A stretch of 55,243 nucleotides of DNA, the filler included, from Stramenopiles sp. TOSAG23-6 (lineage: Eukaryota): NCBI GenBank assembly GCA_900128565.1. It is 2 parts of 2 records of this genome, joined end to end, with 100 filler letters (N's around TTAATTAATTAA, not from the genome) between each part and the next. Parts side by side here need not be neighbours in the genome. Positions count along the whole stretch, not along the records: positions 27,680 to 55,243 come from LT635981.1; 1 more part is not named here. One strand, written 5' to 3'. A program made the position numbers and the translations under genes. Below, in pieces: positions 32,469 to 43,315 of the stretch (position 1 is the stretch's first letter; every line of letters begins with the position of its first letter). The notes below the pieces were generated by a model. The model made no database searches. It worked only from the letters and a program-made list of their open reading frames with translations, and was not told where the DNA came from.

Positions 32469-35400
32469 TCATTTTACCTCGTCCGTTTTGATCTTCTCAT
32501 CTGCCAATTTTAAAAGGGCTGCGTTAAGCACGTCACACCATTTGGTGACAGTTCCAGGAACATTTTCCTTCCACTTTGTCAATGCGCCATTTTTATACGT
32601 TATTTCTAAGACCCTCTCTTTATCTTTTTTCTTTATCTGAAGCATGTGCAAGACAGCATATCTACCACGTACTTTTACACGATTATCATCTATCTCTTTA
32701 TAGTACACATACGATCCATCAAACTGGAACGCGCATTTCCTCCAAAACATACCGCGCTTTCGTTTAAATACAGATACTAGAATACAATCTGCATCCTTTG
32801 GTGGGTTCAACATCGCAGCATAATCGTCACTCTTTCTTCCATTCATTGTATATAAATTAGGTGGCGCAGGAGCAGCAACACCTGGTTCAGATGACACTGT
32901 ATCACTCGTATCACTAGTATACTTCGATGTCCCATTTTTTGCTGAAGGACCTAATTTTATATTTGTACGTAATGCATCACACCAGGATTCTGCTTCTTGA
33001 TTGCTTGTGGCATGTAAAACTTTTGTTTCCTTTCCTTTAGAGTTGGACCAAGTGATATAGATTTTATAACCACCATGAATTTTGGAAAAATATTTCAAAA
33101 AAAAAGTCGTTAGGTACAAAATTTACTATAAAAAAATAAATTCGAATTTGAAAAAAAATAAAACATACATGGACTTCTACATTATTAATAGTATGCACAA
33201 CGTATCGGCCTTTTGGAGGTGAATATGGATCTAACGCACAAACTTCATTTTTGTAATAATCAAGAAAACTATTTTTAATTCCCATGACAAAGTAATACTT
33301 TGTCCACTTTCGACGATGTCTTTTTTTTAAATATCCTTTCTTTGGTACTGTACCTTCTGGGATCGCATTCATAGCATTCATTGCAGAGCAAGATTTTTTA
33401 CGAACTAATGAATCTGTTGCCGTTAATTCTGTATTTCCAATCCACTTCATTGGAACTTCGGTAGTATTATTTGAAGTTTCTTGTTCGTAATTAAAATATG
33501 GTATCCATTCAAGCTTTAGTCGAATTGTTCCTTTTGTTTTCTTCTTATACCCACGTGACAATTGGCGCCAAAAATCGTGAGTATCATGGGGAGGAATATT
33601 GTTCAAAGGGATTTCACATGAACCTAGGAAATCATATCTACTATCAGCATTTGTGAGAACTTCATCATAATCAAATACATCAACTTTGAGAGTTGCATTT
33701 GCCAAATCTCTAATAAGAAATTCAGTATCTTCATTCCATTCAGGTTTTAGACTATCCCAAATGACACGTGTAGTATATGTAGCTTTTGAATCATTCCCAG
33801 TAATCGACATTACAACAAAAGCATCTGATTTAGAAATTGTGTCAGCATTATGCAAATCATTCGCTTGTACAATAGTAACTTTCAGTAAACCATCAACATC
33901 GGATGTGATTTCATCGTCATGTTTTGCATTTACAGGAGCAGAGCCACTAAAATCAATATCATATGTATTCGGCCAAACAATCATACCAACAAGAGTTTCA
34001 TGTAATATGCTTTGAATATATTCTTTGACAAGAGGTAATTCAGTAAAACAACTCGTTCTTGCAGTTAAAAAGGAAATATCAAAATCAATTTCCGGAGCGG
34101 CCATAAACCCTAAAGCAACTGCACCAAAACCAGGCATTACAGTATCACGTTTACCAAACTTAATTCGTAATATTCCTTTCATACTTATACCAGAAACGCC
34201 AAACTTCAGAGTTACCAGATCTCCAGGAGTATCAAGAGCAAAAGTAATTTCCATGCCATCGTGTGAAATCCAATCAAAATCTACATCAAGGATTGGATCT
34301 GGATGCTCGTGAGCTTCACATTGATTCTGTGAAAAACTTTTCAATCCGCCAAAATAAAATGGAACTCGACCAAAATCACACATTTCAAGTCGCAATGTTC
34401 CTAGAAAACTCGGAAGACTTTTGTTAATATTTGCAGATTCAATTCCACTTCGCACGGAATCGTTGAGACCATACCGTATAAATGGCCATAATTGACGTAC
34501 GACATTATTCAGCCAATCACAATGCTCCCAATCCGCATATTTTACGTACATTGGTAAGTGTTGCCAAAATTGTTCAACCTCCTCTCTGTTTTTTAAAGTT
34601 TGACTCAGATCAAAAATACTATCCGCCAACAACAATGGTTTCTGTTCACTGTTATGTATAAAGTGACCATCTCGAATACACCAATCATTCGTGAGTCCTA
34701 AATACAACAACAAAAAGGAAAAAAGAAGAGGCCACGCAAGGGACATATTCATGTATCCAAAGACTGAGGAGCATACATAAAATAGAACAGAATATCCAAA
34801 TTTAGGCTGATACGTCCTCACACTCGACGCTTCTCGAATGTGTGTACATTTCAACACTATTACAGGGAGACAACTTAGCAAAGTCAGGCATACATAACAT
34901 ACATTAGGAGGCAATGAAAATCCAGGCATGAAGCTATATTCATTCAGAAAGTTATATTTGGATGAATTAAATGAGCATTTGAGGACTTTACCTAAAAAAT
35001 AGAAAGGCAATGTGCTAAATGAAAAACTATGGTCAAGTATCACAGGCTTCAATTTCTCAATAACAGTAGCATGATCAAAGCTCTTGTTACTTTTTAGCTC
35101 ATTATTCAGTAACTTGTGTTGAATACTGCTTGGAGCCGATTGTACCTCTATTTTGTACGAAATATTCCTTTGTTTACTCATACCTAATATAGAAGTTTGT
35201 CTTGTATTATCAAATGATAATTCTATTACACCATCACAAGAATGATAATTTAGCCAAGTTCCATGACATTGTTTCAAAGAATCAGAGGTGACAATGTATT
35301 GTGAAAAAAAAAATACTTAAAAAAATCGTTAGGTATGAAATTTCGTATGAAAAAAAAAAAATTAAATTAGAAATTCATATAAAACGTACATATATAACGG

Positions 35401-36581
35401 CTTCACTGTAATATATTTAGACTGAGAAGTATTAGGTCTAAATGTAATTTTAAAATATATACTTTTCCCATTCAGTTCGAAAAAAGAATAATTCATACGT
35501 TTCCCAGTTGGAATTTTCACTTCAGTGGTTGAAGTTTCACCTGCATTGATAATCAAATTATGGTCTTCTTTGACTTCTGAATATGCAAAATGCTCGGCAT
35601 TTGGATCGTCTAGGATACTATCAATTTTCCATCCGCCTACCCAGCCACGATTATTTACATTCACAGGATGAACAGATTGTAATAATGAAGCTAAAACTCG
35701 TCTGGAATGATATAGTATGAAAAATATTTCAAATTTGATATTTGTTAACATTGAATTATCTATGAAAAAAAAAATTTGAAAAAATGTAAACCCTAACCCT
35801 AATGAAAACATACATGAAGTGAGTAGGCAAAAACAAATTCTTTTGTAGAATAATTATGCCAACATATTACAACATTACCATCAGCTTTAACTTGTAACCA
35901 ATCAAAATGTGGAGGTTGCTCAGCGGATAAAGTACACTTTGGTTTTATTTTGGTTTCTTTTGAATGCTGTGAAAACACGACGCCATTCATTTTGTTTTTA
36001 TCTTCACTTACCGATTTGAACTTAACTGAAAGGTGACAATAATATTGTTTAGCAAACGTTCGGAAATAAATCACATCACCCTTTTTAACGATTATTGTCT
36101 CTCTGTGACGAGTATGCTTCACAAGCTTACAATCTGGGTTTTTTTTAATGCGTGTTCCTATAGTTTTGGAGTCGGATGCTACTTTATCATTAAATATATC
36201 ACAGTGGTCAGTCAACTCAATTTCTTCTTTCAGCTCTGCATTTTCTAATACCGCAGTTTCTACTGGGAAAACACACTGTGTACAAAGCTTGATGATATCT
36301 TCCCACCTTTGATATTGTTCTTCATTCTTACAACCAAGTCTGAAGTTTTTTTTGTTGTCAAGCGTTTTTGCAACTATTTCAATTATACTTTTATCAGAGG
36401 ATATTGCCTTATCTAGTACTCGGACAGAAGAGAGATCAAATGCCTTTATAATTTCAAATTTTTCTTCATCTTTGAATAAACTTAAGTGGAAGCCGTATAC
36501 AGCACAATACACCTTTTTCCAAGCACCAACACCTGCACTGTCATCGTAATACTTCAACCAGCCAGAATGATGTTTTTCCAT
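32469..36581 (-). CDS. 1271-aa PH - GOLD-like - GOLD-like - TM - SMP - C2 - PH - PH protein, extended-synaptotagmin-like (exons 36581-35814, 35706-35390, 35293-33169, 33074-32469)
   Basis: Four ORF fragments join into one frame (768+317+2125+606 = 3816 nt) with GT...AT introns. SMP motif DWEHCDWLNNVVRQLWP, C2 motif GLLKVTIVQANDLHNAD...SDAFV, GOLD-like GVIELSFDNT, and PH domains ending in W-containing helices. Confidence 0.85.
33075..33168 (-). other. Non-canonical intron I2, GT...AT (94 nt)
   Basis: GTC CAT|gtatgtttt...ttttgtacctaac...ccaaaattcat|GGT GGT TAT. It splits a PH domain, the branch A (33110) is 35 nt from the junction, and no AG lies between them. Confidence 0.85.
35294..35389 (-). 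other. Non-canonical intron I3, GT...AT (96 nt)
   Basis: TAT AT|gtacgtttt...tttcatacctaac...cacaatacat|T GTC ACC. Branch A (35329) is 35 nt from the junction. The internal AAG would add 22 nt and frameshift. Confidence 0.82.
35707..35813 (-). other. Non-canonical intron I4, GT...AT (107 nt, or 104 nt if it ends at 35710)
   Basis: CTT CAT|gtatgtttt...tgttaac...ctatatcat|TCC AGA. The next three AGs downstream are all out of phase. Contains TTAGGGTTAGGG. Confidence 0.78.
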
Positions 36582-36892
36582 TTTGGTCAGCGGTATCTAT
36601 TATAACAATAAAAACTTGTTCGTTTTACCTTATATACCTTATATACAATTCTTGAGAAATACGACAAAATTAAGTTGTATCCAATAAAGTATACTTGATT
36701 GCTTTTAGTGAATAATAATCAATTGATAGATGTTATCCAATTCAAAGTGAATTCGTCGTCTTCCTTCCTTCCTTCGTGTGTTGTTGTTGAGCTATCGAAT
36801 CTTTTTTGAAACGCATAACAAAAAAGATATTTTTCGTGTTTTCTGCAGAAATTTCTTTCACCGGAGAGAAAACAAAAAAAAAAAAAATTCTT

Positions 36893-36913
36893 TTAGGTAC
36901 GAAATTTGGTACG
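36893..36913 (-). promoter_or_regulatory. Intergenic copy of the intron-family core motif (cgtaccaaatttcgtacctaa)
   Basis: Lies between the divergent PH/SMP and HMG genes. Similar copies at 20909-20934 (-) and 1026-1050 (+). Function unknown. Confidence 0.45.
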
Positions 36914-37093
36914 GATTTGATCCAATTTGGGAATTTAGCAGCACAGAGACCGAAGGAGATTCCGTCGGTTACTTTCAAGTGTATCTTTTTTTGAAAATAG
37001 AGAGATTCCGCTTGCTCTCGCACAACGCGTTAACGTAAATTTTGAAAAAGACAAAACAAAAAGGTTTTTTAATCTCCACTCAATTGAATTAAG

Positions 37094-37855
37094 ATGGCAC
37101 GAGTAAAAGCAGTCGCACGCAAAGCAAAACGCAAGTCTGTCGCACGTAAGAAGACGAGAAAAGGAGGAGCTAAGAAACGCAAGGCAGCTCCAAAACGCAA
37201 GGCAGCAAAGAAGCGCAAAGCAACCAAGAAGCGCAAAGCAACCAAGAAGCGCAAAGCAACCAAGAAGCGCAAGGCAACCAAGAAGCGCAAAGCAACCAAG
37301 AAGCGCAAGGCAACCAAAAAACGCAAAGCTGCAACAAAGCGCAAGGCTGCTCCAAAGAAAAAAGCCGGCAAAAAAAAGAAGCGTAAACATGCTCCTGGAC
37401 CTAAGCGCGCATTGTCTTCATACATGTACTACGTTAAGAAAGCTCGTGCAGGTGTGACAAAAGCTCACCCAAAATGGAAAGTCACACAAGTTGTCAAACA
37501 ACTCGGAGCTCAGTGGCGTGGTTTGTCAGCTTCTGCAAAAGCACCTTTTGAAAAATTGGCTGCTGCAGACAAAAAGCGTTATGAAAAAGCGAAGAAATCC
37601 TACAAGCCTCCTGCAGGAGCTCCTGCGAAAAAACCAAAACGTGCTTTATCTGCGTACATGTGCTTCGTCATTTCTCACCGTCCTCAATACGTCAAACGTC
37701 ATCCAAACATGAAAGCAACGAAAGTTATTTCTAACCTCGGAGCAATGTGGCGTTCCATGAGCGATAGCGACAAGAAAAGTCACCATGCAACTGCTAACAA
37801 GGACAAAGCTCGCCATGCAAAGCAAATGGCTGCTCACAAAAAGAAGCACGGATAA
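37094..37855 (+). CDS. Histone H1-like basic repeat region fused to two HMG boxes
   Basis: (KKRKAT)n N-terminus. HMG boxes PKRALSSYMYY...LGAQWRGLS...KRYEK and PKRALSAYMCF...LGAMWRSMS. Confidence 0.92.
   Translation: MARVKAVARKAKRKSVARKKTRKGGAKKRKAAPKRKAAKKRKATKKRKATKKRKATKKRKATKKRKATKKRKATKKRKAATKRKAAPKKKAGKKKKRKHAPGPKRALSSYMYYVKKARAGVTKAHPKWKVTQVVKQLGAQWRGLSASAKAPFEKLAAADKKRYEKAKKSYKPPAGAPAKKPKRALSAYMCFVISHRPQYVKRHPNMKATKVISNLGAMWRSMSDSDKKSHHATANKDKARHAKQMAAHKKKHG
37208..37315 (+). repeat. 18-bp coding tandem repeat x6 (KKRKAT)
   Basis: aagaagcgcaa(a/g)gcaacc units. Confidence 0.93.
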
Positions 37856-38147
37856 ACCAAAGGGGAAACCTCGGTGAAACCGCTTGTACAGGCGATAGTA
37901 TAATTTGATCGTTATATGATTTCGCGCATTATCTTATAATTTATATATAAAATTCGTTTTGTATGTAAAATTTTGTATATATATATTACATTCCCTTTAA
38001 ATACTTTTTTTATTTTTATAACTTAACGTTGACTATATCTAGGCATAATGCTGTAAATGTTTTAGTTTTACCTGTTATATTCAGGTCATGAAGTTTGTAT
38101 TTCCGCACCATGTCGACGTAAAATTGTTTCGCGAAAATTTATATTTA

Positions 38148-38612
38148 TCAGAACATTCCGGGATTTCTTTTACACTCATCCTGCGATTTATTCATCAATT
38201 GAAGGACACTATTCGCCTCTTCGGCTGTAATCATTGTTTTTGATGACTGAGGATGACGGAACGCCGTTTCTACACCTTTCCAACGAGGCACTACGTGAAA
38301 ATGACAATGAAATACGACTTGTCCACTATCTGCACCACAATTTGAAATGATATTAACCGCATCCGCACCAGAGGCAGCCTTGACGAGACGAACTAGCTTA
38401 GGTAGTTGTGCCAAGAAACGAGCCGCACTCTTTTCATGCATTTCTGACACGTCGACAACCTTTTCTTTTGGTATTAGCAAAGCATGACCCTTCGCAGAAG
38501 GAAAAGCGTCAAGAAAAGCGAGACATTCGTTGTTTTCAAAAATTTTATGGCAAGGAATTTCACCACGAAGGATCTTGGCAAATACATTGTCCTCGTTATA
38601 GGGCGACGTCAT
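38148..38612 (-). CDS. HIT-family (HINT-like) nucleotide hydrolase
   Basis: NVFAKILRGEIP, GHALLIPK and GQVVFHCHFHVVPR. Confidence 0.95.
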   Translation of the reverse strand: MTSPYNEDNVFAKILRGEIPCHKIFENNECLAFLDAFPSAKGHALLIPKEKVVDVSEMHEKSAARFLAQLPKLVRLVKAASGADAVNIISNCGADSGQVVFHCHFHVVPRWKGVETAFRHPQSSKTMITAEEANSVLQLMNKSQDECKRNPGMF

Positions 38613-38867
38613 ATTACTACACTATAAATGTACTGTACTGCCGGATTGTGAGAAAATTATGTGTTGTATTTGTATTGTATGACACAATGTATGTGAATAC
38701 TATGAAAAGAGAAGCATGTTTGCGCGAAAAAAGCTTTTCAAGTCAGTGCGACCAAAAAAACGTCAAAATTGAGTCATTCATTGATAGTACACCGAACATA
38801 CTTTTGTAGACAGATTTGCTTTCGTGCATTAAGTTGAGATTGCGTAGTAATACATTGTTCTGTTACC

Positions 38868-41261
38868 ATGGATTCTAATATCCGTGGAATGAAGGGTGCT
38901 CGTAACAAAAAGGCGACTCGAGGCTTGGGAAAAGCACTCGCCCGGGATTGGAAAAATCCGCATTCTCGTCGCCGCAAGGGAAACAAACACAAAGGCAGAC
39001 ACATTACTGATTTAGATGCTGATAATGGACTTACATCTATTTTGGAGACTACCTCTCTAGACGATTTTTTACATAGTGCTGTATTAGCTGGTCGGAAGTT
39101 CAAAGCGGAGAAGCAAAACTATCAGATTTTGGACGAAGACGGTCTTGCCGAAGGTGAAGAACTTGAGGCTGCCGGTACCATCCAGCCACTCTTTAAAACG
39201 TCTTTAAAGATTCCTCGCCGTCCAAAGTGGGACGAAACCACAACAAAAGATGAACTTGATGAAATGGAGAGAAATAGTTTCCTTCAATGGCGTCGAGATG
39301 TGGCTCGTTCAGAAGAGAACGAATCTAAAGAAGACGGTCGTGCAGTGACTCCATTTGAGAAGAATCTCGATGTCTGGAGACAGCTGTGGCGTGTGCTTGA
39401 GCGAAGTGACATTGTTATTCAAATTGTAGATTGTCGTAATCCTATGTTGTATTATTGTCCTGATCTCGTAGAATATGCTAATGATATTGATGCTAGAAAA
39501 AAGTCTGTTCTTGTTCTCAACAAAGCAGATTACCTACCTAAAGACCTTCGCATGCGTTGGGCGCGTAAGTTACACTCACTTGGTCTTGTCTTTATGTTCT
39601 TTTCCGCAAAGAACGAACAACAAACATTGGACCAAGAAGCAGAGAAGAAAAAACACGCAGCAAATAACGTAGAGAAAAGAGATATTGAAGCTTTGACCGC
39701 ACTAGCTGTCGCGCAAGCTCAAGGACTTTCTACTGTCACAAATAACGAAAAGAAAGAAAAGAAAGAAAACGTTGCACCTGAAGTTCCAGAATTAAATAGT
39801 TCTATTGATACTGATCTAAGTACATCTTCAATTGAAGAAACTGAAGAAGAAAAAATTTCGAAAATGTGTCGAATATTGAGTCGTAATGAACTTATGACAA
39901 AGATACAATTGATGAGTATAAATCGTCTTCAAGTAGCTGCTAATGTAATAGCTGCGGAACGAAATGATCCTACATTATCGAATATAGAAGTTGCGCGGAA
40001 AGATGCAATAGAAAACCTGCCTGAATTACCTGTGCGATACATGAATGACGGACGTGTTGATAAAAAGCGTATGGCATTGGAACGTGCAGAATATGAAAAA
40101 CAACGTCGTTTACATGCTATGACAAGAGATACTGTGATTGGTATGGTAGGATTTCCTAATGTTGGTAAAAGTTCTCTTATTAATGTTCTTATGGCTGTTA
40201 CTGCCCATTCACATGGTCAACGCGTTGCTGTAGGATCTCAACCTGGTAAAACGAAACATTTTCAGACATTACAATTGACTACAGGAGTGACACTATGTGA
40301 TTGTCCTGGACTCGTTTTCCCGTCTTTTGTCAATTCCAAGGCAGAAATGGTGATTAATGGAATTCTCCCCATCGATAAAATGCGTGATTATTTACCACCT
40401 ACAACACTTCTCACTAGACGTATTAATCGTGTTCAGCTTGAGAAAGTATATGGTAATATTTTTCATGTTCTTCATGATCCAAACAAAGAATGGGTAACTG
40501 CTCGCGAGTTATTAGGTGCGTATGCTCTTGCTAGAGGGTACATGACTGGTCATGGTGCACCGGACAATGCCAGAGCAGCACGTTATATTTTGAAAGATTA
40601 CGTAACTGGTGTTTTATTGTATTGTTTTCCTCCTGATGATAAAATCGCCCGTGATAGAGTAACCCAACAGATAAAAGAACGAACACGTCTTGAATCCACA
40701 TTACAAACAGAACTAAAGAATGAAAGAATGGCACGGAATGGGACTTCTGAGGTTTGTTTTGGATGGAATGGTGAAGGTTCTTTGAGACAACCTGAGGAAA
40801 CGAATTCTTTAGAAACCGAGACTGCAGAAGCAACAGCTGCTGCATTAGAAACACTCGATGATGCTGAAATTTTTGATCCTAGTATGTTAATGGAAGGGTT
40901 AGCACTCAATGGTGGTGGTAAGGGCGAATCTGCAGTTCCTTTAGATGTCACAATGAATGTAGCAAAAAGAAGAGGTAAAGGTAAAAATCGAATGGGTCAT
41001 GGACGAAGAAAAGGTCGTAAAGCTCGTCGATTTGCTACTGAAAATCCATATGAAGTAGGTTCACGTATGGATGATCTTCTATTGGAAAAGGAGGATTTAG
41101 CTTTGAATGCAAGAGAGTTGAAATATTCTGGTTTTCCTGGAAGTAAAAGTACAAAAACACAGAACAAAACTACTCGCAAGCAGCAAAGGCGAATGAAAAA
41201 AGCAAATAATCGTAAAAGCAATGCTGGCATAGGTGTTACTACAAAAAATCCATTTAATTAG
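38868..41261 (+). CDS. LSG1: Large subunit GTPase 1 (60S export, circularly permuted GTPase)
   Basis: TPFEKNLDVWRQLWRVLERSD, NKAD, GFPNVGKSS, PGKTKHFQT and DCPGLVFP. Confidence 0.95.
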   Translation: MDSNIRGMKGARNKKATRGLGKALARDWKNPHSRRRKGNKHKGRHITDLDADNGLTSILETTSLDDFLHSAVLAGRKFKAEKQNYQILDEDGLAEGEELEAAGTIQPLFKTSLKIPRRPKWDETTTKDELDEMERNSFLQWRRDVARSEENESKEDGRAVTPFEKNLDVWRQLWRVLERSDIVIQIVDCRNPMLYYCPDLVEYANDIDARKKSVLVLNKADYLPKDLRMRWARKLHSLGLVFMFFSAKNEQQTLDQEAEKKKHAANNVEKRDIEALTALAVAQAQGLSTVTNNEKKEKKENVAPEVPELNSSIDTDLSTSSIEETEEEKISKMCRILSRNELMTKIQLMSINRLQVAANVIAAERNDPTLSNIEVARKDAIENLPELPVRYMNDGRVDKKRMALERAEYEKQRRLHAMTRDTVIGMVGFPNVGKSSLINVLMAVTAHSHGQRVAVGSQPGKTKHFQTLQLTTGVTLCDCPGLVFPSFVNSKAEMVINGILPIDKMRDYLPPTTLLTRRINRVQLEKVYGNIFHVLHDPNKEWVTARELLGAYALARGYMTGHGAPDNARAARYILKDYVTGVLLYCFPPDDKIARDRVTQQIKERTRLESTLQTELKNERMARNGTSEVCFGWNGEGSLRQPEETNSLETETAEATAAALETLDDAEIFDPSMLMEGLALNGGGKGESAVPLDVTMNVAKRRGKGKNRMGHGRRKGRKARRFATENPYEVGSRMDDLLLEKEDLALNARELKYSGFPGSKSTKTQNKTTRKQQRRMKKANNRKSNAGIGVTTKNPFN

Positions 41262-41896
41262 TGAAATTTTATAATATCAAAAATAAACTCTGAATAAAAA
41301 TTCACTTTTCTCAATTACTACTTGGTTTTACCTTGCTGCTGATACTGAATTATTCTCATCATTTTCTTTGTTTGTGTATTTATGATTAGCTTCTTTAAGA
41401 AGGCTTGGATAGTTTCTGTTTTTTTTTAACAAGATTTTGTGTTTGGGCTTAATTGGTACGGAAAGATACTGTCGAAAGATATGCAACACTTAAAACTTAC
41501 CAAGGCATGGTTACAACTTTAGCAGACAGAAAACATAAAATGAAGAGCTTTTAAAGATTGTAGGTGTAGTAGAATGGTTAATCAGCGTAGCAACATTGAC
41601 AGACTTTTCCATTATATAATTTATCCCTCGTTTTTCTTACTAATTTTGCTTTGTTCACTACCCAATTCATTGGTAATGACTTTAGCTTACATAATTTACC
41701 ACTATGGTGGGGCCAATTTGTCATTTTGTTTCCAAGTACTGCAGCCTTTCTGTATGGGCAAACAAGGGGAAATAGATTTTGATATAACCATATAGAAAAA
41801 AAGATAGAGCACATCTGCTGATGAAATTCCTAATTTTAAGCTGTTCTTGACCACATTGAAATTGACTTCTACATCCACCAGAAGCAATTTCCTTGT

Positions 41897-42270
41897 AATC
41901 TTTGCAATTTGTTCTTCAGTGAATGCAATTTCTTTTTCAGTGAATTGTTTTTCTACCAAATAAGCAATAAATGATTGCAAATTGGTATAGCCTTTATGAC
42001 CATTACATATAGTTACATTACAAGAATTTTGTCAAAGAATCTTTGCAATTTGTTCTTTGGTGAATTTTTTTTCTATCAAATGATCAATAAATGATTTCAA
42101 ATTGGTATAGCCATCTCCACCTTTGTGTATAGTTACATTACAAGAATTTTGTCCAAGAATCTTTGCAATTTGTTCTTTGGTGAATTTTTTTTCTATCAAA
42201 TGATCAATAAATGATTTCAAATTGGTATAGCCATCTCCACCTTCATGTATAGTTTCATGACAAGAATTAG
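41897..42270 (-). repeat. 120-bp (40-aa) tandem repeat, ~3 copies
   Basis: 42061-42120 is identical to 42181-42240. Encodes GGDGYTNLKSFIDHLIEKKFTKEQIAKILGQNSCNVTIHK; one copy has an in-frame TGA at 42032. Confidence 0.92.
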
Positions 42271-42839
42271 GTTTGATTACATTTGATGTCTCAATTTCCT
42301 TACCATCAGTGAAAACTAACTTTCTTGATAAGTTTGACATCCCTATTATACATGATTTTTTTGGAAGTTTATCTTGATGTATCATTCAAATCATTATGTT
42401 TGGCAACAAATTGGAGACCTCTTTATTTTTGTTCAAGGGCAATTTTACACTGACATTAATGTTTTTGTCATGTAAGTCCAGAGAAACAAACACTTTTCTT
42501 TTCTTGCCAATGGTTTGCTCCCCATTCCTAGGCCACTAGTTGGTGCCTCTTGAAAAGGATTCACAATATCAGGATTTAAGTGCAGGTCACATCTATCCTT
42601 ATGTGTAGCTTTAGTCAGATTTGTCAATTGCATACAAGCAATCAGCACCTGCCATGCCAATTCATCCAAACTAAGAGGCTTGGAATCTAATGAACACCAC
42701 TGTTGACTAAATCTTCTGCTGAGTGTTTTTGGTGTAATTTTTTTCTGTGTCACACTTTGTCCTTTATTTTTGGAGGACTTTGATTGCAAGTTCTTTAGAT
42801 GTAGATGTATTATCAAAGGCATTCAATGTAGCTGCTGCA

Positions 42840-43315
42840 GCTGCAGCTGGTAGGCTTAGATAATTCATTTGACCAATAGGTTAACTTCTTACCCTGAAAG
42901 CCAAAAAAACAATACAACAACTTCATTGAATATTTGACCTGCTGTCAAATCTTCAATTGTTTTGATTTTTTTTTGTTTTTTAGGGTTAGGGTTATATATT
43001 ATTTAAATTTTCAGCATCTGCAGCAGGTAACATTAGATAATTCATTGCAAATATCTAGAAAACTAAATTTATTCAATGTTAACTTCTTACCATACTTTTC
43101 ATTATTTTCAGCAATTCTGTTTAGATGTTGCTTTTTGTATAAGCATAAATTTGATTCTGCTGCAGCTGGTAATGTTAAATAATTCATTGTTAACTTCTTT
43201 CTGTGAAAGCCAAAAAACAATGCAACAACTTCATCAAATATTTGACCCACTGTCAAATCTTCCATTGTTTCGATTTTTTTTCCATTTTTTAGGGTTAGTG
43301 TTTGGGTTATATATA
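42840..43315. repeat. ~160-bp dispersed direct repeat (42840-42999 and 43159-43315; partial copy ~43013-43092) ending in TTAGGG-like units
   Basis: gctgcagctggta...gaaagccaaaaaacaat...ctgtcaaatcttc...ttttagggttag is shared. Confidence 0.85.

Noticed and set aside
35294-35391. Reading the odd introns as standard U12 AT-AC introns by sliding the junction 2 nt
   Set aside because: This gives AT-AC only for I3 and perhaps I0; the others become AT-TC or TT-AC. None has the U12 donor RTATCCTT, while all have a U2-type GTAHGT donor.
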